A stretch of 64,000 nt of DNA from Lama glama. Its lineage: Eukaryota. Position numbers and translations under genes: made by a program. The stretch covers positions 13,704,001 through 13,768,000 of the forward strand of contig CM052818.1 of the NCBI GenBank assembly GCA_028534125.1. The letters run 5' to 3'. This document shows positions 42,912-53,045 of the stretch, piece after piece. The notes beneath the pieces were generated by a model, which saw only the letters and a list, made by a program, of their open reading frames with translations, had not been told where the DNA came from and made no database searches. Numbering within the stretch: position 1 is the first letter of the stretch; every line of letters begins with the position of its first letter.

Positions 42912-42988
42912 TCAATCTATAGCAGAATACATCTCTTCAGCATTATTTGACTACTTCATTGCAGTATTTGTTATATCATTAAGAAATA
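42912..42988 (-). pseudogene. Cullin-like exon VFLNDITNTAMK*SNNAEEMYSAID*
   Basis: ttttcag| acceptor, |gtacat donor, 77 nt, phase 1 to 0; resembles cullin repeat-1 HGEKLY / CACUL1 HSEQMYSDL. Confidence 0.6.
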
Positions 42989-43629
42989 CTGAAAACTGTT
43001 ATCTCAGACTTTAATGTTTGATGCTACAAATTTCCATTCAACTAACATTTATTGGCAAAGCCCCTGTTCTCACAGAGCTGAAATTCTGGTAGAGGGGAGA
43101 ATCTGCAATAAGCAGATAAACAAAGATGTAAAGCCCAGGTATTAATAGATGCTCTGGTGGAAAAAGAAGTAAGGAGAGAGAGAATGACAGGCGATGCTCT
43201 TTAGCTGGATAATTAGGGTAGACCTTCCTGATCCTGTGACATTGAAGTAGAGATTGGAATGAAAGGGGTGTCAGGTGACTCTCAGGAAAAGCAATCTTCC
43301 TGACTTTTGAACAGGATTAACTCAGGATGTGTCGGGATCCACAGGGACGCTTCTCAGGCTAGAGAACAGGAAGAATGGGGAACAAGTGAAATCAGAACAG
43401 GTAGTCTGAAGCCAGATCTTTTAGGGTCCTCAAGGCAAGATAAATGTGAGTGAAAGCCCTTGCAGTGTTGAGAACAGAGAATGAGACCATCGTGTTTACA
43501 TTTTTTTCTTTGGTCCACAAATCACACAGGCCAGACGTGAAATTTTATGACCAAGTTTTTCCTGTGGGTTTTATCCTCATAGTTTTATCAAAAACGTATC
43601 TACTCTGGACTGAGGCAAAATGGCAGGCT

Positions 43630-44295
43630 CGCAGTGAGCCACTGTGAAGGGATGAAAAAAGATATACCTAGAAGCAGATTTGAAAAGCAGTTTCTCCTCA
43701 AATCATCTTACTTCATGCCACCTGATAAGCATCTTGATTCACCATGGCATTAGCAGCAGTAAAATGGGGGATAGCATACAGAACTATCTTTAAACATTTA
43801 ATTCCCATTCAAAATGGAGCCTTGTATTGTGTGTCATAAATCCACGTCTTCTCTTCCAGATGACTATAATTGCAAAGTAGAGCTTGCTTTGACATCTGAT
43901 GGCAAGACAATTGTATGCTATCACCCTTCTGTGGACAGTCCCTGTGAACACACAAAACCTATCCCTCAGCCAGATCTTGTGCATAATAATGAAGAAACAC
44001 ATGATCAAGTGCTAAAAACTAGCTTGGAAGAAAAACGTGAACACTATGAGCAAGGACCTATGATAGAACAACTTAGCAAAATATCCTTTACTACTGAGCA
44101 CTGTTGGTATTTTCATGGACAGTATCATCAGACATCATAAAAAATGATCCTCCCAAAGACAGATGATATTGAGGTTTTCAGAAATCAAAGAAAAATATTA
44201 TCCTGTATCTCATTTGCCATTTGAGAAAATGCAATTGCGTATATTCATTCATAGGTTATATAGTAAAATAAAATGTCTTTTCATATATTAAAAAG
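43630..44295 (+). pseudogene. MRPL42: Processed MRPL42 pseudogene (CDS remnant 43744-44166)
   Basis: Intronless MALAAVKW...QNGALYCV / [34 protein letters not shown]...PMIEQLSK...PPKDR*; frameshift near 43833 and indels near the 3' end; AATAAA at 44267. Confidence 0.93.
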
Positions 44296-44465
44296 AATTA
44301 TTCACTCTTACTTTATTTCCTTATTCTGTATTTGTCTTATGAAAAACTAAACGGATTATGAAATATTAATAAAGATTTATGAAAAAATAATTGAAAAATT
44401 AAATCTAGAGATATTTATCTTTTCAGGACTCAAATTAATTCTTTATAGCTCTTATGTTATAATAC

Positions 44466-44903
44466 CTACAATATTATCCTCTTTTTTCTTCTTTTCTTTT
44501 TCAGTTTTATTAGGTAGAATTATTACAGTTTGACTGCACAAATACATCATATTGCATGTAAATAGATATATACAATATACTGCACATTTTTTTAGTTTAC
44601 ATATATGTACTGATCATTGTTTCTAAGAACAGATTAGAGCTTTAGCTGTTTAAACTTACATAGTTATCAAAGGAATAAAGCCAACCACAAAATAAGAATC
44701 AACAGAATATTGGACATATCCAATCATAAAGGACAGTCAAATGTGCTTACACATATTCAAGAAATCAATCATCTAATTATAATAATTATTATAAATACTA
44801 AGTAGCTCATTTGTGTCCTTATTATTTACAATATTGTCCTCTTAAAATGAAAGATGTGTAAATTTTTTAAAATGGGTCTTGTGTCAAGACAGCATCCAGA
44901 GGT
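44466..44903 (-). pseudogene. Cullin-like exon LWMLS*HKTHFKKFTHLSF*EDNIV (originally 78 nt), split by a retro-insertion
   Basis: ttttcag| acceptor at 44904; donor GTAG|gtatta at 44465 lies beyond the insertion; W..LSF.E resembles CUL3 IWDLL...GLSFEELY. Confidence 0.55.
44484..44826 (-). pseudogene. 5'-truncated retroposed mRNA 3'UTR fragment (source gene not identified)
   Basis: Minus-strand AATAAA followed by an A-rich tail; 17-bp TSD TACAATATT(A/G)TCCTCTT at 44467-44483 and 44827-44843; TT|AAGA L1 endonuclease site. Confidence 0.8.
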
Positions 44904-44970
44904 CTGAAAATAGCTTTATTTAAAAATGCAAAGTAACTTTTGGTTTCCCCCAAATTACTCCAAATATTAC

Positions 44971-45118
44971 TCCTAGAGAGAGCTTTCTTTTCTTAGAGAG
45001 AACTTCTGGATTTTGTTGGCAAGTGTCCTCCCCCCTAGAGAATTTGATTGGATAAGAATCTGTTCCTCGTGGTCTTTTGTGGTTTCTGTGGCCTAAGACT
45101 GTGATGAGTGGATCAGAC
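44971..45118 (-). pseudogene. Cullin-like pseudogene, candidate exon SDPLITVLGHRNHKRPRG...EVLSKKRKLSLG
   Basis: attacag| acceptor, 49 open codons, GGA|gtaata donor; basic NLS-like motifs. Confidence 0.45.
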
Positions 45119-46147
45119 CTGTAATGTTTTCATAAATTATACTCCTGCTACCTTTACAGCATGTCACTGGCACAAAATTCTAACTCTGCTAATTACATTA
45201 GGAAGAATGAAGTTGTTTTCCACTAAAAGTTAGAATGCTTTGAATTCTTTTATACTTCTCTCAACTCTTACTGCTGTGAAAACACCATCCTGGAGAGAGA
45301 GTATGAAACTGTATATAGCTAAAACGTGCTGAACACATAATAGGGACTCTCCCCCAGAGGAGCTCATAATCACAGAACAAGTGACATCTTGTGTTGTTTT
45401 TGCTAATGAATAGTTTACCTTAAATATTAAAATGCCACATTCTTCACAATTGTCTTAGCTTAACTGGAAATGACTTGAAAAATAATTTGTTTTAAAATTT
45501 AGCAGATTAAATGCAATGTGCTCTCCTGGATTTGATCCTGGAATAGAAAAAGAACATTAGCAGAAAATTGGGGAAATCCATATACAGTCTGCAGTTTAGT
45601 TAATAGTAATTTATTAATGTTAACTTCATAGTTTTGACAAATGTACCCTGGCTAGGTAAGATGGTAATATTAAGGGACATTAGATGGTGGATATACAGGG
45701 ATTCTATTCTTCTCTGTAACTCTTCTGTAAGTCTAAAATTACTCTGAAATTTGAAGTTGTTTTTAGCTCAAAAAATTTAGCTGAACATTGAAGTTGTATT
45801 TTCCAGTCTTTGTCCATGAACAAAGGGGCCAGGCTTGCAATTCCAGGGTTCTGGATTGGACTTGGGACTATAGGGGAAAATAAGACAGAGAACCAAGATG
45901 CACAACCAAAAAGACTGGGACAAAGAGAACTTCTGGGCAAGGAAAAGGGACAAAGCTGGCAGAAAGCTGACTGGATGGGAAATCTCTAGGCTGTGAATAT
46001 AAGTAGCCACTAAATGCTAATATGAACCTAGAATTGAGATTTTAATCACAGATAATGTTACAAAAACAGAACATGTGTAGATGAGAATGATGGATAAAGC
46101 ACAGGTTGATGCACCTTTTCATACTACTTTTGAAATTTAGACTCTAC

Positions 46148-46342
46148 CTGTCAAAAATCTGGAAGCTGCCGGTTGACGAAAACTAAGGAAGCTGCTGCAT
46201 ATTTACAGGATTGGCTCTTGCATTTCTGATGGTGTGAAGACAAGGTGACCAAGTCTTCTGTTGTTTTCCTTGTTCTCTGGTTCTGGCTCTTTCTCATTCT
46301 GTTTGAGATCACCTTGCAATTTTTAAGCATGAGGGTGTGATC
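46148..46342 (-). pseudogene. Cullin-like pseudogene, candidate 5' exon (N-terminal extension)
   Basis: tttcttag| acceptor, CAG|gtagag donor, 195 nt; phase-2 end fits the next block; no family motif, so assignment rests on position. Confidence 0.4.
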
Positions 46343-49300
46343 CTAAGAAACTTTTCTCCTCATATATTTTCAGTTTTAGATTTGATGATTTTTATGTAAA
46401 GTACTAAATTCTTTTAAAGAACTTTAAAGCTACAAGGTAGCTTGCAGTCTACCTAAGCATGGATTCCCACCCCTCTTTCTTTTCTCCAGGAAACTCCATC
46501 TGATTGGAGGTGGGCACATGACCCAGGCCCAATCAAACATGGTATCCCATTTCTCTGGACCTTCTGACAAACTGGGATGATGCAAGCATGGCGATATTAG
46601 GAAGAACTTGCTAAGCTAAGAATTCAAGGGCCAAGCCTGAGTTCAAACTTCCCTGAAAGCAGAAAGGCCACAGCACACTGGGAGGCCCCTCTGCCCCCAG
46701 CCAGTAATTGAGGACCACTGAGGGTCAAATAATAATTCTTGCTGATTTGAAAAAGCTGAACTCTATGCTCCAACTAAAATTAATACAGAGGAGGAATGCA
46801 GGAATCACACCAGAGACTTGGTAAAAATTAGGAAGCCTTGTTTCCCTTGCCCCTTTCTCTTAAACAACTGTGCTATTCCCTGCCAAATATAATTAGTAAT
46901 CATGCCCCTGGAAAAACACTACCCACTGAGTTACAGCCAAGAGGCAGGTTAATCATTATGAGAGACAGTAAATCGAGAGCCTACAGGGTGGGCAAAGCTG
47001 AGATCTGTTGCTAAGAGACAGAAACTGCAAGGGTTGGGGGAGGTAAGATTTCTGGTATTTGTGCCTAGTTTATGGAATCCCCAGATATAAAACTGGCAAA
47101 AAGCCAGTTGAGATCTGAAGAGAGTTGTACTGCCAGAAAAACCCAACTTGGAAACAAGCTGATAAATGTTCAAAGTCTAGGGCAATACCCAGGCTCCATA
47201 ATGAGGCCAACAAGAAGTTGATGGCTACAGTAGTGCCATCCTGGAACATGCTGTGTAAGGGAGACTTGCTTCTCACATGTGCAGACTCAGGGGCAGCAAG
47301 ATTGAATCACTAAAGAATTTCTCTGCAAGGCAAGCAATTTAGATGATATTTGCATTGCAGGACCAGGAGGAACCCGATCTCCACCTGAACAAGAAGAAAG
47401 CATATGACCCAGAGATGCTTGACTTTAGGACAATGTGGGCTGTCTTGCTGAGGTATGAATTGTACATGAAGGTTTTGAATTAAAGTTGGTATGGTCATGT
47501 TTGGAATTGCACATTCAGAAAATCAAGAGTATTGGATGATAACAGTGAACTGTGATAGCAGATTGTGCTGCCTGATATCTTTCTTAATTTGGCTGGCCGC
47601 CCATGCTATTTCTTTTCCCTGTATCAGATCCTCTCTTCTAGTACAGATATGGGCACATGTCACCAGCCCACCCAATCTTCGTACCTTGTTCCCCTGACAT
47701 CATGATTAGAAAAGGGATGGGCACGTGGCGTAAGCAGGGCCTATAAGGGTCCTTCTCTGGAATTGATATGTAGACATTAGGGGAGAGAGGTCTCTTCCCC
47801 CTGGGATTCCTAAATCAAATGATGTAAGCCTAGAGCTGTGGGCAACCTAATTCTCTGGCAGCCTGGAAGGTGGAAGAAAAGGAGGTCACTACACAAAGGA
47901 GGCTGAGCTGAGGTATTAGAGGGAGGGAGGAAGAAAGAGACTTAATGATACTTACATGTGGGCCTGAAGCCAAGTCCTTCCATAAACTTCTCTTTCCTTC
48001 CTTCTTACTCCTCCTTCAACTCCTCTGCCTTTTTGGCTTAAATTAATTTGAATTGTGTTTTGGTCAATTTCAACTGAAATCATTTTTATGTTTTTTTATT
48101 TTTCTAAACATTAAAGTAATACATGCTCACTGTAAAAAGAAACTTGGAAAATACAGGTAAGTAGAAAGAAAAAGAAATTTTTCTATTCTCTCATGTTTCA
48201 AGTACATCTAGGTTAGCATTTTAGATTTCTTACATTATTTTAAATGCTTGTTTTACATAGTTATGATCACAGTAAATATTCAGGCTTAATCTATTGCTTT
48301 TCCTATTTAACATTTTAACATTTTCCCATGTTCTTAAATCACCTTGTAAACATAATTTTCTTAAATTTCCTCTATTACTAGATAATTTTGCAGTATTATA
48401 ACCATTTGGATTATAGCCCTAGCATTTATTTTGAGAAATATAATTACTGGGACTAAATATTGGAACATTTTAAAGGCTCATTATATGTTTCAGATATGAT
48501 TCCTTATTTAGGTAATACAAATACATGCAAATGAGAGCTTGTCCTTCATGGGCACTCAGGATTAAGTGAATCAAATATACAGGGTTAAACAAGAAAAAAA
48601 AACAAATAAAATGACATTAGGCCTTGAATGAATAATTCTTTTCAGTGGCAAAAGCTATCTAGAATTAACCCAATTCAGAACTTAAGCCACAACCAATTAC
48701 AGGAATTAAAAGAAAGAAAAACACTGATATTCAACAATGGTACCTGAGATACTTCTCTCCCTAATTAACATAATCTTTTAAACATTTTCCACTATGAAAA
48801 TAATATATAAAACATAGGATACCACTGACACCTTTTTAGAATAATAGTGTTTATTGTCATTGAAGGTACAGGTACAATGCTGGGAAGGGTATGAATTAAT
48901 ATAACCCTTTGGGGACAACTTGGCAACTATTCTATTTTTTGTATGAATGAATAACCAGTCATTTAAATTGATTAATAACATTGTATTAAGTGCATATATT
49001 TACATAACCAGTATTCTATTTTGGACATTTAGATTCCTTCCAGTGTTTAACTATTACAGTACTACTGTAATGTGTTATTGTGCAGTAAGTCTGGGGAAGA
49101 GCTTTCCTCTCACCTCCCTGGTAGAATCAAGAGATGAGCAGATGACCTAAACTAGAACAATTGCACTCTCTGTCCTGGAACTTTTTAAAAAAGATTTAAT
49201 AAACTTCTTGTCATGGAAAATTCAAGTATACACAAAATTAGAATAGTGTAATGAATCTCTGTGAACCCAAACTCATTCTCAACAATGATCAATTCATGGC

Positions 49301-50552
49301 CAATCTGACTTATGTATACATTTCTCCATTTCCACCAGTTCCCAGAGTTTTTTTTAAAGCAAATCTTAAGAGATATAATATCAAGGAATATTTTTCCAGT
49401 ATTGCTAATATAAGCCATTAGATTAATCTAACTTAGTTTGATGAAAATATTGCTTTGTGCTAGACAGCATCATTTTTTTAGTACTCAGTACTGAAACTGA
49501 CAACACCTGAAAAAAAAGTATTTTCCTCATTGGAGGGAAGAAGAAATATCAAGATCTGGTCACCCTCTGCATTTCTCTGACTTTTGTCTACCTCTCTTGG
49601 TTACCACCAAAGTCAAACACAATTGTATCAATTTTATTTAACTTGATCATATTTATTTAATTCCACATATTATCATGCATCCTTTAATCCTAGACCCTAG
49701 AAAGATTCAAAGTTCTATTTATGTTTCCTTGCTCTAAAATTGCCTTCCTGAAAATTTTCAGTACTTGGCTACATCGAGATCATTTTTAATTTTTTTATTG
49801 TGGGGCAAATATATATAGCATAAAGTTTGCCATTTGAACCATTTTTAGCTGCACAATTTAGTTACATCAAGCACATTCACACTGTCGTGCAACCAGGGAC
49901 ATAGTATTTTGAGCAGTGTAATTTAGGAAAGAAGGAACAGATAGAGTCCACTCATTACAACATAAGCATCCAAGCAAGACCAACCAGGGATCCCTATTAC
50001 TGAAACCCCAAGGAAATGCCTCATTCCAAGCTGGTTTTGCAGCCTCTCCTTCAATCCTATAGGCTCCTAAAACCCCCCTTAAGATGATCAGAATCAACTG
50101 TTTCTCCACCAAAGAACCCTAAGTGACACAGAACTGTGAAAGATTTTAAGCAAAGAAGGGACATGTTCAGCTCATTTGATAAAGAAAAAAACCTTTGACA
50201 AAATCCAACACCTTTTCATGATACAAACACTCAGTAAACTAAAAGTAGAAGGGGACTTCCTTGATACACTAAAGAGCATCTAAGGAAAGCCCACAGTTAA
50301 CCTCATACTCAGTGGTGAAAGACAGAAGCCTTTCTCCTTACCTCAAGGGAAAGACAAGGATGCCTACTCTTGCCACTTCTATTCAACATTATACCAACAG
50401 TTCTAGCCAGAGGAAGGCAGGACGGAAAAAAAAAAAAAAGAGAGAGGGAGAGAGACGGAAAAGGGAGAGAATCCAAACAAGAGAAGAAGTAAAATTATCT
50501 CTATTTGCAGCTTTGTGTTTTGGAAAGATCACTTGGACTGTAGGACAGAGGT

Positions 50553-50938
50553 TGTTATGGACTCAGTTGTGTCCCCCTCCAAATCCATATGTTGAAGTCT
50601 TAACCTTCAAGGTGACTGAATTTAGAGGTAAGGCCTTTAGGGAAGTAATTAAGATTAAATGAGGTCACAAAGTGGGGCTTTCATCCTTTAGGACTGTTGT
50701 CTTTATAAGAAGAGGAAAGGATGTCAGAGCTCTCCTCTCTCCCTCTCTCTGCCTCTCTCCATGTACACAGTGAGAAGGTGGTCATCTACAGACTAGGAAG
50801 AGAGGCATCACCAGAAACAAATCTGCCGACTCCTTGATCTGGGACTTTCAGCTTCTAGTACTGTGAGAAAATACCTTTCTGCTGTTTAAGCCACCCAGCC
50901 TGCGGTGTTTCGTATGGCAGCTCTCATAGACTGATTTA
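50553..50938 (+). mobile_element. MLT1A/B LTR, preceded by an L1 ORF2 RT fragment (~50190-50510)
   Basis: TGTTATGGACTCAGTTGTGTCCCCC start; TTTAAGCCACCCAG end. Confidence 0.8.
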
Positions 50939-52334
50939 GAGGTTACTGCAAACACATAAAAATGACATTTCCCTCAACTGAAACAGTGACAATGGAAGCA
51001 GAGACAAGAGGATGAATTTGAGCCCAATTAAGAAATAGAAATAAGAGGGTTGGATGATGACTTGGATGTGAGGATGAGTGTGCTGGATGAGTTACTAGAT
51101 GAGTATGAGGCCTGTGGTCCTTCCCCAGCTTCTCTCTATGGAAATCCTACTTATTGTTGTCAAGAATCTCAAAGCAAAGATCGGCTTTGATTCTGACTCT
51201 GCCCTTCTATCTGATAAAGTATTTCTTGAATTCAGGTAGCTACTGTTTAAAACTGTTCAGTCAGTAGGAGAGATAGAGCTAAAACACATGGTTGTCCCTT
51301 GGGTTAAACCATTACAGATCATGTGAACAAATGCTTCTCAACACAAATGGCACATATAGAAATGATAACACAGCATTTGTTATGCACACTGGGGAAAGAA
51401 GAAGAAACTGCTTGCAGCTGAAGACAGCCAGCCAGGGTCTTCAAGGACTGCCCCAAGGACTGAGGGCAGTCAATATCACAGTTAGCTGGAACCACCCTTG
51501 CTGCTTAGAAATCTCTGATGGGGACAAAGTGCACATCTACTTCATGTAGATGCAGCCTTCATTTATACAGTATTTAGAGAAAATATCCTCAAGGAGTTGT
51601 TGTTGACTTAAATATCTTGTACAGGGCTTCATCTAGATGTGTTTACTTGTTAATTTACTCATGATAGGTGTGAATTTGCTCCATGATACAGTTGCACAGT
51701 AAATATTGTCACAATCTTGGAGCAATTCTGGAAATGAGCAGGGCAGCATTAGAAGGTCTAGAACATTTAGGGAAGGCTACTGCGGTTACACTTCAGGTGC
51801 TCTATAACCAGGAATGGCCCTTTGAAAGCAGGTGGCTCCACTCCCTCCATGCCCACAGGCTTGGGCAAATCTCCCAAGCCAGAGCGCCTAGGATCCAACT
51901 CCCTTTAGGGACCCCATGCAGACATCTCCCTATCCACACAACATGTTTAAGTGGGACACAGGTGTCTGTCCAAATCAAACCCTTCTCCCCACCCCCTTGG
52001 GGGCAGCTCCAGTTTAATTACTTATTGGATCCATCTATATTTTTCTTTATGCCAATTAAAAAAACATTGGAAATACTCTCTGATAGGTGAGAAGAGCCCA
52101 AATGTAGTTTTCCTGATGGGAGTGGAATAACCTTTTCAGTCTCCTAAAGCAAGTGGCTAAGAACTGGGCAGAAGAGACTACCATGTCAGTAAATTAGCCT
52201 GCCTCTGAGGAAAAAGGATTCACTTGAAAGCCATCACGACTGTATTCCAATGCCTCTCGGCTTCAAGAACATATTTATAGCTGAAGCTCAAGAAATTACA
52301 TGGTGAAATAGTATTACAGTTAAAGAATTTTTGT

Positions 52335-52621
52335 CTATAAATAATACATGCGAGGGGATGTGGAAAAAAGGGAACCCTCCTACACTGTTGGTGAGAGTGT
52401 AGTTTGGTGCAGCCACTATGGAAAACAGTAGGGCGGTCCCTTAAAAATCTAAAAAATTGAGTTATCCTATGATCCAGAAATCCCACTCTTGGGCATGTAT
52501 CTGGAGGCTACTCTAATTCAAAAAAATACATGCACCCCAATGTTCATAGCAGCACTCTACAATAGCTAAGATATGGAATCCACCTAAATGTCCATCGACA
52601 GATGATTGGATAAAGAAGATG

Positions 52622-52658
<37 letters not shown>

Positions 52659-53045
52659 CATATATGTACATATATATGATGGAATATTAGTCATAAAAAA
52701 AGAATGAAATAATGCCATTTGCAGCAACATGGATAGACCTAAAGACTGTCATACTAAGTGAAGTAAGAGAGAGAAAGACAAATATCGTATGATAATACTT
52801 GTATGTGGAATCTAAAAAATAATACAAATGAACTTATTTACAAAACAGAAACAGACTCACAGTCATAGAAAACAAACTTATGGTTATTAAAGGAAAAGGG
52901 GCAGAGAGGGGTAAACTAGGAGTTTGGGATTAGCAGATACAAACTACTATGTATAAATTAGATAAACAACAAGGTTCTACTGTATAACACAGGGAACTAT
53001 ATTCAATATCTTATAATAAACTAATGGAAAAGGAAACAAAAGATC
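52335..53045 (+). mobile_element. L1 3' fragment containing a (TG)n microsatellite (~52623-52655)
   Basis: GGGAACCCTCCTACACTGTTGGTG...L1 3'UTR. Confidence 0.88.

Larger units (their letters stand above)
19992..46342 (-). pseudogene. Multi-exon, cullin-family unitary pseudogene candidate (whole locus)
   Basis: Collinear series of AG/GT-bounded non-repeat blocks whose translations resemble cullin repeat 1 through the winged-helix domain in the correct order; many stops and frameshifts; AATAAA (minus strand) at 19992-19997. Confidence 0.75.

Noticed and set aside
43814..44140. 108-aa ORF as a functional MRPL42 retrogene
   Set aside because: A frameshift disconnects the true start and mitochondrial targeting peptide, and the C-terminus is disrupted
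48720..49620. Isolated minus-strand splice-like signals that might be 5' exons of the cullin fossil
   Set aside because: No consistent exon or protein similarity could be assembled
51683..52090. Longest unexplained ORF (135 aa)
   Set aside because: No recognisable domain, no supporting splice or promoter context
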